Shown: in pieces, positions 50,001 through 60,100 of the stretch
Position numbering within the stretch: position 1 is the first letter of the stretch
Layout: each line of letters begins with the position of its first letter
NCBI RefSeq assembly: GCF_964204645.1
Contig: NC_134033.1
Location: 2,376,131 to 2,440,130, forward strand
Direction: 5' to 3'
DNA: 64,000 nt
Source: Tubulanus polymorphus
Taxonomy: Eukaryota > Animalia > Nemertea
Program-made: the position numbers and the translations under genes
The notes under the pieces: model-generated
Seen by the model: the letters and a program-made list of their open reading frames with translations, nothing else
Told to the model about the DNA's origin: nothing
Database searches by the model: none

Positions 50001-51814
50001 ACACCACGATGCAGTGTACTAGCAAAGCCATCAACTATTCATAGACCGCACTGTGGTGTAGACACGCTGAAAGGATTTAACTACTTCAGACCAGTTCTAG
50101 TTCAGATCAATACACGCATGGTTGAATTAATTTATTTGTGATTTATCTTTGTAGGCGTACCCGTCGATGAAACCGCTGGCCGCGTGGACGCGAGATCTCG
50201 TACAGCGCGTCGAACACTTCGAAAAGTGGGCGACGACGGCTCACCCGCCGACGATATTCTGGATGGCCGCGTTCACGTTCCCGACCGGGTTCCTCACGGC
50301 CGTGCTTCAAACATCCGCTCGATTCAACAACGTAAGAACTCGGATTGAATCCCTTCGAATAGAATCTTTGAATTTCTAGTCATTAGAGAATGAATTTAGT
50401 TAAGGATTAATAATTTTGGACCGGGTGGCCTAGATAGACCTAGAATAATTAGACTAAAAACCTGCGAGGGAATCCTGATAATGTTATTGATCACGTGGTT
50501 CTTTATCAATACGTGATTCAATGAGAAATGAATGAATTGTAACATTTTAAGCCTAGAAATTTCTCTGATTCACTCAGGGAATTTTTTGGTTATCGCATGG
50601 AAAAGTCAGAGGATCTGTAGATGGGCAGAAAGTGGCCACGTTGAGCGAAATCTACTGTACAAAGATTTCTCAATATTTACGAAAAAAATTTTGCGATTTA
50701 AAAAATATTTTTTCCTGTCATCGTTTTTCTAGGTTTCCGTCGATTCTCTGTCGTGGGAGTTCACGGTGATGACCGTCGACGACAGTAATATCACCGGTCC
50801 GCCTAAAGATGGCGTACTGGTGAAGAATCTGTTCCTGCAAGGCGCCGGCTGGGATAAAAAGAATCAATGCCTGATCGAAGCCGAACCGATGCAACTCGTC
50901 TGCCCGATTCCGACGATTCATTTCAAACCGGTCGAATCGAAGCGTCGAGCCGGACGAGGTTAGTTTCATTAGTTCATTAGTCGGCAAACTCGTGCCCGAG
51001 GTCTTACGTTACTTTTTGGGATTTGTTCAGCATCTGCAGTAGACAGGGTGGCGCCACTGACCCACAAAAGACATGGAATCCGTAAAATCAAGACAAAATT
51101 CAGGGAAAACTCGGGGAATTCGCCAAATTTTACCGAAAACCTGGAAAACTCAAGGGAATTTGAACATCTGCAGTAGACAGGGTGGCCCCACTGACCCGCA
51201 AAACTCAAGGAATCAGTTAAATCTAGACAAAATCAGGGAAAACTCTGGGAATTCGCCAAATTTTACTGGAAAACTCAAAAGAATTTGGATAATGTTATTG
51301 ACCACGTGTTTTTTTATCAATACGTGATTCAATGAAAAATGAATGAATTCTAACATTCTAAATCTAGAAATTTCCCAGATTCACTCACAGAGAATTTTGT
51401 GTAATAGGCCTAACATGGAAAATTCAGGGGATTTGTAAATTGACGGAAAGTGACCGCCGTCCGTGATTTAGAATCGGCCCAGGAACTCGAAGAGTTGTTT
51501 ATTTTCTCTAAATATTTCTGTTGTTCGATATGTGTTATAACGTGGTCAAAATCATGAGAAAATCAGTCAAAATGGCCGTCCCCGGTTTAGAGCTGAACTT
51601 TGAACTCGGTGAGTTTATTTTCTCTGGATATTTAAATCGTTGTTGTCGCTATATTTCAGGAATCTACACGTGTCCGTGTTATTACTACCCGAACCGAGCG
51701 GGCGGCGCCGGGCGCGAGTCGTTCGTCGTCGCCGTCGATTTGAAATCGGGCGAAAAAATGCCCGATCACTGGGCGAAACGCGGAGCCGCGCTTCTCATGA
51801 GTCTCGACTATTAA
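4485..51814 (+). CDS. DNAH2: Dynein axonemal heavy chain 2-like (inner-arm I1/f beta heavy chain), complete, 61 coding exons, ~4525 aa
   Basis: Dynein motifs: AAA1 [14 protein letters not shown] and [11 protein letters not shown]2 [24 protein letters not shown]3 [11 protein letters not shown]4 GIGGSGRQS, stalk/[23 protein letters not shown]-terminal [15 protein letters not shown]. Exons read by hand (phases consistent, sum 13578 nt): 4485-4662,5216-5325,5810-6158,7441-7605,8220-8458,9190-9627,10337-10672,11468-12304,12979-13254,13763-13891,14092-14303,15932-16132,16369-16525,16902-17076,18549-18874,19148-19270,19720-19940,20502-21138,21596-21832,22257-22549,23171-23360,23889-24069,24458-24585,24988-25266,25753-25971,26390-26507,27336-27472,28026-28166,28428-28586,29312-29556,29936-30134,30464-30793,31498-31686,32573-32789,33336-33485,33838-34005,34830-34990,35212-35351,35732-35864,36213-37115,37546-37710,38159-38284,38780-38995,39727-39877,40528-40677,41151-41283,41822-41966,42443-42642,43528-43654,44671-44857,45367-45572,45832-45957,46297-46488,46912-47103,47592-47776,48290-48515,49195-49311,49403-49552,50155-50331,50733-50958,51660-51814. 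The paralog call (DNAH2) rests on recalled similarity (e.g. [28 protein letters not shown]), not on a search. Confidence 0.93.
5671..5757. mobile_element. Miniature (87-bp) internally deleted piggyBac-like MITE
   Basis: TTAA-TCCTTTCGGTGCG...CGCACTGAAAGGG-TTAA. Confidence 0.7.
6248..6417 (+). repeat. (AAT)n microsatellite; (ATT)n also at ~13970-14027
   Basis: Direct inspection. Confidence 0.9.
6533..6626. mobile_element. Harbinger/PIF-like MITE (CWG TSD), 'CCAGTTCCACAG' subfamily
   Basis: CAG-GATCCAGTTCCACAGTTG...CAACTGTGGAACTGGATC-CAG; other copies ~46661-46768, 52050-52149, 58852-58937, 60005-60114. Confidence 0.7.
6772..7393 (+). repeat. 106-bp tandem repeat, ~6 copies; inverted ~2.4-copy array at ~58190-58447
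   Basis: CAGGGAATTT recurs at 6881, 6987, 7093, 7199, 7305. Confidence 0.9.
7663..7769. mobile_element. Harbinger/PIF-like MITE nested in another CWG-family MITE
   Basis: CTG-GGCCCAGTTTCACGAAAA...TTTTTGTGAAACTGGGCC-CTG, inserted just after GACCCAGTTCTACAGTTCTG. Confidence 0.65.
8487..9066. mobile_element. Two diverged piggyBac-like MITEs in inverted tandem sharing one TTAA (8805-8808)
   Basis: Junction CACTGAAAGGG-TTAA-CCCTTTCAGCG; interiors match the family in opposite orientations. Confidence 0.75.
9660..10240 (+). repeat. 47-bp tandem repeat, ~12 copies
   Basis: Unit TTGTTAGATTGGTTATAGAACCAAAATGAGCTTAGACTGGTTTTAAG. Confidence 0.9.
10686..11405 (+). repeat. Degenerate satellite family with core GATGATGTCATAGGGGGATTTATGGAGG
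   Basis: Arrays also at ~27690-27978, 39110-39652, 41322-41760, 45005-45260 and inverted at 48530-49090; unit length differs by locus (~60-75 bp). Confidence 0.8.
12439..12576. mobile_element. Harbinger/PIF-like MITE (CWG 3-bp TSD), 'CTTAAGAC' subfamily
   Basis: CAG-GGGCCAGTTGCA...TGCAACCGGCCC-CAG; other copies ~22003-22142 and ~56907-57047. Confidence 0.7.
14390..14615. mobile_element. MITE with ~40-bp imperfect TIRs and CTG TSD (Harbinger-like)
   Basis: CTG-GGCCAACTTCGGTT...TAGTCGACTA ... TAGTCGACTA...AACCGAAGGTGGCC-CTG. Confidence 0.7.
15052..15849 (+). mobile_element. piggyBac-like MITE interrupted by a 498-bp TIR element (15265-15762)
   Basis: The family consensus ATTCCCGTTATTCA|ACACACTAGGG is split. 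The insert is flanked by a TTCA duplication and has imperfect TIRs GAGCTCAGACCACTATT / AATTGTGGTCTGATGCC. Confidence 0.8.
17106..17565 (+). repeat. 31-bp minisatellite, ~15 copies
   Basis: Unit GTGGTCTTAAGTTGTCAGAAATTAGCTCAGC. Confidence 0.92.
17784..17855 (-). mobile_element. tRNA-derived SINE head / tRNA pseudogene
   Basis: Minus strand: A-box TGGTCTGGTGG and B-box GGTTCAAATCC at tRNA spacing; anticodon stem imperfect. Confidence 0.55.
18158..18533 (+). repeat. Degenerate ~30-40-bp tandem repeat of a MITE terminus (CACAACTGTGGAACTGGATCC); similar array at ~7830-8085
   Basis: Repeated CCCACACAACTGTGGAACTGG...CCAGAG units. Confidence 0.8.
22585..22823 (+). repeat. Short-period TTATTGAT/TTATTGGTCAC repeat with a higher-order duplication
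   Basis: Direct inspection. Confidence 0.75.
26913..27208 (+). mobile_element. piggyBac-like non-autonomous MITE (~290 bp), full copy
   Basis: TTAA TSD both sides; 12-bp TIR CCCTTTCAGTGC...GCACTGAAAGGG; internal ACACCGCACTGCGGTGT palindromes. Confidence 0.85.
28755..29043 (-). mobile_element. piggyBac-like MITE, full copy, opposite orientation
   Basis: TTAA-CCCTTTCAGTGCTGAC ... GACGCACTGAAAGGG-TTAA. Confidence 0.85.
29588..29870 (+). repeat. 77-79-bp tandem repeat, ~3.7 copies; inverted array at ~24098-24272
   Basis: CACCTGGTGGATC recurs at 29666, 29743, 29822. Confidence 0.85.
30847..31427 (+). mobile_element. piggyBac-like MITE interrupted by a ~330-bp TIR element (30937-31269)
   Basis: TTAA/CCCTTTC ends; insert bounded by CAATTGGATACCGGC ... 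GCCGGTATCCCATTG (14/15 inverted match). Confidence 0.75.
31704..31994. mobile_element. hAT-like MITE (CAGGGGCGGAT TIR)
   Basis: CAGGGGCGGAT...ATCCGCCCCTG; no clear TSD retained. Confidence 0.55.
32836..33176 (+). repeat. Polypyrimidine (CT-rich) low-complexity tracts
   Basis: Direct inspection. Confidence 0.8.
34138..34431 (-). mobile_element. piggyBac-like MITE, full copy
   Basis: Same family, TTAA TSD and CCCTTTC termini. Confidence 0.85.
35302..35553 (+). repeat. 63-bp x4 tandem duplication spanning the 3' end of dynein exon 38 and its splice donor
   Basis: Unit GCTAATTTACATATCGTACTGTGTATGAGTCCGGTTGGAGAACCATTCAG|GTAATTTATTCAA at 35302, 35365, 35428, 35491. Confidence 0.95.
40039..40296 (-). 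mobile_element. piggyBac-like MITE, truncated at one end
   Basis: Family interior and one intact GCACTGAAAGGG-TTAA end; further decayed copies near 13300-13515, 47820-48190 and 54565-54657. Confidence 0.75.
40678..41150 (+). other. Non-canonical GC-AG intron of the dynein gene
   Basis: Only CAAG|GCAAGT ... TGCAG|GTTTGG restores the conserved [14 protein letters not shown]. Confidence 0.88.
40852..41049. mobile_element. Second copy of the hammerhead-bearing fold-back family (~70-bp inverted arms around one hammerhead core at 40925-40968)
   Basis: Arms GATAATAGATAAAAACCCACT...AATCTA / TAGATT...AGTGGGTTTTTATCTTATTATC, homologous to 63301-63615. Core GACAC-CTGACGA-T-GATCTC-tagggt-GAGATC-GAAA-CG-AC-GTGTC. 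Confidence 0.72.
42683..42975 (+). mobile_element. piggyBac-like MITE, full copy
   Basis: Same family, TTAA TSD and CCCTTTC termini. Confidence 0.85.
42978..43443. mobile_element. Old hAT-like dispersed family (CAGGGTGGCCACT...AGTGGCCACCCTG ends, TCAGGGAA subterminal repeats)
   Basis: Related copies ~25314-25650, 26120-26330, 32050-32523, 35011-35195, 35886-36125, 42092-42343, 46001-46233, 50420-50643, 51044-51460. Confidence 0.6.
43680..44529 (+). mobile_element. piggyBac-like MITE interrupted by a 673-bp insertion (43718-44390)
   Basis: TTAA/CCCTTTC ends; insert begins CAG, ends CTG and is flanked by a GGTGTA direct repeat (43712-17, 44391-96). Confidence 0.7.
49682..50080 (-). mobile_element. 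piggyBac-like MITE (49682-49978) followed by a partial duplication of its end
   Basis: TTAA-CTCTTTCAGTGCTGAC ... GCTGAAAGGA-TTAA; the end segment repeats to ~50080. Confidence 0.75.
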
Positions 51815-52935
51815 AAAAAGAGAAAATCCACCCGGAAATTTGCGAAAGATTTTTACAGACTTTGGACCCAGCATGGATCTATTCAAAGATATATCAGTTT
51901 TTAAGGTTTACTTCGGCAAAATGTACGCTTAGGGCTTAATTTCAATCATCCATTATATGAAACCGGACTTAGGGCTGAAGATTTAACCCTGAAAAATAAC
52001 TTTGCTACCAATTTTATGAAATTCAGCCTTGGTTAAAATCTATCCTTCAGGATCCAGTTCCACAGTCGCGAGTTTTAGTTAGAAATTTAGTTCATTTTCA
52101 ATGCGTTAACTCATAATCGAATCTTAACTCACAACTGCGGAACTGGATCCAGGATTGCTTCACTGCGATGTTAACCGTGTTTTCAAGATTATCTATTTTC
52201 GCTCATTTCATATTTTCGAATCGATTCGAATGATCGTAAAATCTGCCGTCCGCGATTCATGTTTAAACGTAGATATTTTCACAGCGAAAATTGTTTACGA
52301 AATGTTATTTCTACATGTTCTGTGTATTCTGTGATGGACAAGAACGTTTTAAAATCCGTCCTGATTTGATAGCTGAAATAAAACATCAAATCCGTCCAAA
52401 TGTCGATTAGTAATGGATAACTTAAATATTTTGCACGAGAGAAATGTTTTTTGTACAATTGTTGATCAATTTCTATGATAGAAACAATGATTTATGAAGA
52501 GTTATATCTGTAAGAATATTTACCTATGTTTGTTTGTTTATTTATTGAAGGCAACGTCGATGAACGTTTTTGCTAAAATGTAAATAAAATTTTGAATTAT
52601 ATCTAAAACCGGTAAGTGTTGCATGTTTTCTAGAGAAGAATCTCGATGCAGATTCGACGATTCATTCTGGACGGATGAAATTCATCCGGTTCGTGAGAAA
52701 TTTTGTTACAAACGTTTATTTCATTTCTAACTCTGACTTAATAACTGACAAAAACAAAATTTGTCTGAATTCATACCGTATTTTCCTGTCTTTAACTCAG
52801 ATTTCCCTTGCCTCGGGCCGATTTTGCTAGTCCCAGTTTGTTTGAGTTAGGCGTAGTTTACTGTGATATCCAGATTAGATAAAAATCTGGATTAAACTAA
52901 TCCCAATTCAGGCAAGTGTCGATTGAACGAATGCT

Positions 52936-53502
52936 GGTTACAGATTACAAACTCTCTACCGGTCGCTTCTATCAGGTTTACAGATTACAAACTCTCTACC
53001 GGCCACTTCCATCGGGTTTACAGATTACAAACTCTCTACCGGCCGCTTCTATCGGGTTTACAGATTACAAACTCTCTACCGGCCGCTTCTATCGGGTTTA
53101 CAGATTACAAACTCTCTACCGACCGCTTCTATCGGGTTTACAGATTACAAACTCTCTACCGGCCACTTCTATCGGGTTTACGGATTACAAACTCTCTACC
53201 GGCCGCTTCTATCGGGTTTACAGATTACAAACTCTCTACCGGCCGCTTCTATCAGAGTTACAGATTACAAACTCTCTACCGGCCGCTTCTATCGGGTTTA
53301 CAGATTACAAACTCTCTACCGGCCGCTTCTATCAGGTTTACAGATTACAAACTCTCTACCGACCGCTTCTATCGGGTTTACAGATTACAAACTCTCTACC
53401 GGCCGCTTCTATCGGGTTTACGGATTACAAACTCTCTACCGGCCGCTTCTATCGGGTTTACAGATTACAAACTCTCTACCGGCCGCTTCTATCAGGTTTA
53501 CA
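52936..53502 (+). repeat. 40-bp minisatellite, ~14 copies, between the convergent dynein and UPF3 3' ends
   Basis: Unit GGGTTTACAGATTACAAACTCTCTACCGGCCGCTTCTATC. Confidence 0.95.
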
Positions 53503-54197
53503 AGTGCTATTGCGGAATAGGTAGAGCGTGTTCCTGGTTGAAACGAACACAACGGAAGAGAAAGAATCGGTAGGGACCAATCTAAACCTGCCTTGATGTT
53601 CACTGTATTTCGATCCTTACTGTAGGCCTACGAATAAGACTTGATACTTTTCCCAGCAATCCCGTTGAAATATAAACGAAGAAAAATAATTATTCATATT
53701 TTTCAAACTTTATTTATTATCGATGACTAACATCAACGAATACATTTCAATATTTCTATAAACAACAACTGATAAATTAAAATGCACTTGTGGCAAAGAG
53801 CGGCTGCCATTTCAATGTCCGTCTGCACAGACAAACGAATTCCGTATCGGATGAACTCGACGTGGAATTCTTCAGATGTATTTACATGAGCTTTCAACTG
53901 AACTACTTCGGAAGTTACTTTTTCCTCAAATGCGTTTGAGTTATCTCTTAGTTCCAGTTCTGCCATCATTGCCACTACGAGTTATCTCGAATATTCGATA
54001 ACAGAGTTCTTGATTCGCTGGCAGTGTGAACAGTCTGCTTGTCTCCGAGCTGCTTATTGGTCAATTTTGAACGACGTCTGTCTGTGAGATAACTTGTAGT
54101 GTCAATAGGGGACAGCGCCGTATTACCAGGACAGCAGCAAACGCATAAACGATTCAAAAATTCTAAGTTTGAAATTCTGAATCGTTGAAGGTGCGAT

Positions 54198-57100
54198 TCA
54201 TCTTTTCTGTTCGGAAGCCGGCGTCGTCGACGACGATGATGTTTTCGAACTCTGTTCGGTTTTCGGGCAGTCGTCGGTGGTTTTTCGTTGCGCCATCTTT
54301 TTCTCGATCTCCGCGCGTCGTCTGCCGGGAACGTAGATCTCTCGCTCCGGCCGGTCCTACGTCAGAAAAAAAAATGACCTTGTATTTCGCATTTTGGAAT
54401 ATTTCCCTTCCCCAAAAGGCTGGACCCAATTCGGCAATTTTCGGGTTAGAATTAAGAATTAAATGAATTAATCAAAATTTAATTTAAGATTTCAATCTAG
54501 ACAGCTTCATAACATGAAATGCTGGATGGAGTCAATCGAGATTTTTTTTGATTGATAATTACAGGGATACACCGCACTGCGGGCCAGGTGCCATTTAGGG
54601 TTTTAGGGTGGGTAGATTATACGCCGCATAACAGGGTACGCGCACTGAAAGGGTTAGAGTATCTTTTAAAAGGGTACAGTGGAACAGGGTCGTGATGGAT
54701 AGCGTTTCGATACTGACCTTGTTTCTGATTCGCCGACTATCGGAAGCAGACGGAGACGAACTTCCATCGGCAGACGCAGCCTAAAATTAACCACAAACAT
54801 CTTCAGCAGGCTGGAAACTTTCATAGAAACACGATTGAGTTATCGTTTGATTTTTACCTTATTTTCCTGTTTTTCATCTTTTGGTTTATTGCTGCTGCTG
54901 CTGCTGCTGCTGCTGCCATCTTTAGTCGTATCATTTGATGACGGTTTAGTGGTTTCTTTATTCGCGCTGCTTCCCGATTTGTCGTCGGTTTTCGAATCGA
55001 CCGGTTTGCGATCCTGACGCGCTTTAGTTTCCTTCTCTGGCCGCCTAAAGTAAAATGAACAGACAAGACACCAAAATTAAAATCCCACACTTTTCTTATC
55101 GTTGTATCCAAGTTCGTTATAACAAGGTTCCACTCTATCAATTTGAACAACTATTATTGTTTTTTCCCTCACATTTCAGGTGGAATTCTTCCACCCATCT
55201 TCAGAGTTTAGAATAAAAGTCAAATATACTGACTCTGAAGATGGGTTGAAGGATTCCACCCAAAACATTAAAAAAAACCAGGGGCCAGTTGCCTGAAAAG
55301 TTGGTTGGAGTTAACCAGAGGATAGTTGACATAGTGACAATTGAAAGTTCATTGTTACTATGGTATTTATCGGCCGTTATCTTTAACCAACTTTTGAGCA
55401 ATGGACCCCAGTTGTCCAAATTGATATTGTGGGTTGTGTTGATGAATGGATGGATGTCAAAACTAGAAATTGTGAAATAATCTCAACTATTTCCAACCCT
55501 TAACTGAATCATTGGAATCAAATGACCAGGGGAGTGAGTAGGGGTCATTCATTTATTACGTACACATTAGGGGAGGGGGAGGGATCAGTGCAATTGCGTA
55601 CTGTAATGCTTAATGTATATGAAAAGATGGCCGATTTTGCGTACAGAGGGGAAGGGGGGGTTGAAAAATTTTATTCGTAAAAAAATGAATGATCCCGTAG
55701 TGAACTTACTTGTCGTCTCGAGATCCGCCTGCTTTCGTTCGGCCGGATTCTTCTCGGTGATCCTTGCGATCGTTTTTACCGGCACCGGTGGCGCCACCGC
55801 CGCCGCCGCGATCCGTGCGCCGATCTTCATTCGTCGAGCGTCTGCGCCGATCTCTCGTCGTGTCTCCGCGTTCTTTATTACCCTTCGAGTCGGAGTCTCG
55901 TCGACGATCTTTAAAACTGTCGCCGCGACCGCCGTCTCTGCGATCATCACCTTTACCGCCTGTAATTATTTCACATCAGGATTTTGAAGGATTTTTAGTC
56001 GGGGAGCAAAACCTGTTCGACTTGTTGTTATGAAGTCAAATTTCACAGTAAGCTTATCTATCGGAATTCGGACAAGCCATAATACTATGATAACTCTAAT
56101 TTCACCATTATTACTCGAATTTCATCATAGTAACTCGAATTTCGACATAATAACTCGAATTTCACCATAATACTATGATAACTCGAATTTCGACATAATA
56201 ACTCAAATTTCGACATAATAACTCGAATTTCACCATAATACTATGATAACTCGAATTTCGACATAATAACTCGAATTTCGACATTATAACTCGAATTTCG
56301 ACATAATACTATAATAACTCGATTTTCACCATAATAACTCGAATTTCGACATAATACTATAATAACTCGAATTTCGACATAATAGCCTAAGTCGAAATGG
56401 TTAAGAAGAATAATGTTCTACGTCACAAGCGATTTCCAAAGGTCGCTCGTTCTGAAGGTCGTCTGATTTTCGCTGAATAAGTCGTTTTAAATCGTACCCT
56501 GTTCTTTCTGTCGAGTTTTCGCCTTTTCTTTCTCGCGGAATCGATCGATTTCGCGTTGTTTCTGTTTTTCGCGTTCGGGATTCCTGAGCACCTGAAAAAA
56601 CGAGTTGAAAATCGCCGATATATTTTGTGAACGATAAGGGGTCGATCTATGGGTGATTTCGGGGTCGGAACCCCTGACTTCCCATTGTCATTGAGGTTGT
56701 ACTGTTTTTGTCAAGACAGAAATCATTAAAACCTATTAATTTGAAAATCTCGGAAATCGCAAATTTTTGAATGGGTTTCTCCGGGAATTTCTAACGCCGA
56801 AGTGGAAAACCCAGTTTGCGGTTTACAGCGAGGCTGCTTTATACGCGTGAATGACCTTTCTATAAGACCCAAGCCTTCCAATAATCTTAGAATCATTCCA
56901 GCCCTGGGGCTGGTTCCATAGTCACTGCTTAGACTTAAGACCAGTCTCTAAGAACATGTTAGTTCTATAGCCAATCTAACAACTCAAGGCCAATCTTAAA
57001 GACTTAAGCCCACTTTTGGACTTAAGTCTCGACTGTCGAACCGGCTCCTGTTGAACTTAAAAGGACGCTTACCCTCACTGTTATTTCATCTTTATCCTTT

Positions 57101-60100
57101 CCGGCGGCTGACGAACTCGAACCCTTGCGCTCCTTTCCTCCTTTACCGTCCTCCGACTCGTCCTTCTTCGCGCCTTCCTCGTCGTTCTTCTCCTTACTCT
57201 CGGCGGACGACGAATCTTTGCGCTCGTCGTCGGGCGTCGACGATTTCTTCCTCTCGTCGCGGTCGCCGGCGTCCGTCTGCTTCGGTTTTTCGCCGCTCTC
57301 CGAATCGTCCTTCGACGATTTCGTTTTCGCCGCCGTTTTCTCCTGCTGTCGGCTTTTCTCTTTTTCGCGGCGCTGAATTTCTCGCTCGCGCGATTTACGC
57401 CGTTCCTCGTCGCGTTGTTTTTTGCGTTCGATTTCGCGTTTTTTCTTCTCTTCTCGAAGTCGCTGTCGAGAAAAAAAAACATTGTTTTAACCCATTAGCA
57501 CTCGGTAATTTCACTATGTTGTGTCTATTACTCCTCAAAAAATTCAAGGGAAATCGAATCAAGGGGAGTCGATCATTTATTACGACACAGAATCAGCTCA
57601 ATTCCCAGTTGATTTTCATGTATTACAAGTTCGCGTTATTTTGTAGTAAATAGTCAAGGCTTTCATATGATGTAAGATTTGATGAGGCGGGCCACCAAAA
57701 TCATGTCCTTTTGGCCGCCGAAATTCATCCAAACTTACTTGGATTTGGATTTGAAGTGAGCGCTTAGATCTGTCATGTTCTTACTCAAAATACTTGATAA
57801 CTTCAAATAAGAAGATATTTCTGTACGGTATTCTGAAGACTTGGATGTCTAGTTTATCATAAGCTCAAATGGGTTCAAATCCCACTATAACCATTTTTGT
57901 GTAGGCAGGGTGGATTTAGGCGGCTTGAGAGCTTTCTTTGTTTTGATGGAACTCGAGCAGAGATTAGTGGAATTCATCTCTTGGGGGATAACTCTATAAA
58001 GTAGTACCTGCATTACTAATTTCTTTTCTTCTTTTTTCTTTTTGATGGCTTCGATCAAAGGAGTGGTCATTTTAGGCGCGCTGCCCTCTGTAATCAGAAC
58101 GCGTTTATCAGTTCAGTTCAGATCTTGGGTTCTTTACAGATCAGAGAATCCATAATTCCCCAAAATTATCCTGACCCTGGACCAAAAATTTCCGGATTAA
58201 GTTATAAGATATCCCCAGTGGAGCTAAGCTCCTTGCGTCACTTGTCACCAGCAAGAACAAGACACTTAGAATGCAAATACCCTGATTAAATTATAAGATA
58301 TCATCAGTGAGGGCTGTTTCTTATCAAGAGGTTCCTTGTGTCACTCGTCACCAGCAAGAACAACAAGACACCAAAAATTCAAATTCCCTGATTGAATTAT
58401 GAGATATCCTCAGTGAGGACTGTTTATTATCAAGAGGTTCTTGTGTCTCCGGACTTTTCTCTAATTTCCAAGAAAAGAGTCAGAATACCCCGATTTGCCC
58501 TGCAGGAAAATACAAATTCAGAATTCCATGTTCTGTGTGAAGAACCCTTCCAAACCGAGCAGACGGATTAAGAATCCTGAACTGTGAACGTTTCACACTT
58601 ACTCTTGCCCATAATTTTCTCTTTGTTTTCGATTTCTTCGAGGAATTTATCGATGCTCGGATGTTCGGGTTTCGGCGTGTTTAAAAACTCGACGAACTTC
58701 AGATATTCCGGGTCTGAAATGAAACGATTAGAACATTTCAACTTTGATTTGATTTCTATGGAATATCGCTTTCCATGTAGACCCAATTTTAGAAAAAAAT
58801 TCAAATATTTAGTTTAGTTGCTTTCGTTACAAGTGATGGCGACTTCTTATCTGGACCCAGCACTACAGTTGTGAGTTAGAGTTTCCAATGAGTTAACCAT
58901 GAGTCAAATCTTGATTCACAACTGTGGAACTGGATCCCGATCGACAACTTTAATTCTAATGTCAAACTTAATCGACAACTTTATATAAGGGGTCATTCAT
59001 TTATTACGTACGCATTAGGGGAGGGGGGAGGTGTCAGTGCAATTGCGTACTGTAATGCTTAATGTATACCAAAAAATGGCCGATTTTGTGTACAGAGGGG
59101 GAGGGGGGGTTGAAAAATTCAAATTTTATGCGTACGTAATAAATGAATGATCCCTAACCAGGTCTCTCCGGCTTGGCGCCAATCAAAATTGAATTTTTGA
59201 TCGTATATTCAGGACTTAGGCCTACCTTGTTCTAAAGTGCCTTTCTTCGTGTCTGGTTTTTTCGGTTTCTTTTTCGGTACTTTCTGAAACGGCGCGAACT
59301 CCACAACGGCCGGATATTCCGTACCTGGAAATTCGAAGAAATATTTTTCACAAAATAAGAAATTTCAATTTTTTCGTAATATTTCATTCGATACCAGACG
59401 ACGCAATTTCGCAATTTTTTTTTCTCACCTTTGCCGTCGACGAACACGTAACCATCGAATTTATCGCAGAACATGAACAGATCGTCTTGCGTTAGGAAAT
59501 TGATGTAGGCTCGCGACGTCGCCATCGGCCCCAAACTGTAAAACAATTCATATTCTCAAAATACATTTTATCAGTGCACTTCCAAAAACTGATTGTCCAC
59601 ACTTCACATGTGTTCAGTGTTTCACCTCAGACATTTTTAATTGCAAAATAAACTAAAAACATCAGACATTAGACATTTTATCAGTGCACTTTCAAAAACT
59701 AATCGTCCACACTTCACATGTGTTCAGTGCTTCACCTGAGACATTTTTGATTGAAAATGAACTACAAACACCAGACATTAGCAGAGTTATTTACCTTCTG
59801 TCCGCTTTGGTAAAATAGAAAAGATCATAGTCCGGAACTGGAGAGATTTGTTCGAGAAATTGAGCTTCGGTCATTGACGGAGGAAGTTTTCGAATGACTA
59901 CCTGAAAAAGAGTTTAGAGCCTACAATAGAGGACGTCTTACGGACCTTGGCTCATCTTGAGACGGACTGATAGAAGATGATAGGCCCATTATAAACCAGG
60001 TCCAGGGTCCAGTTCCACAGTTCTGAGTTAAGATTCGACCCTGGGTTTAAAACATTGAAAATGAACTAACTTTAACTCAGAGTTAACTCTAACTCACAAC

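Noticed and set aside
52916-53573. 202-aa and 216-aa ORFs
   Set aside because: Translations of a 40-bp minisatellite with non-ATG starts.
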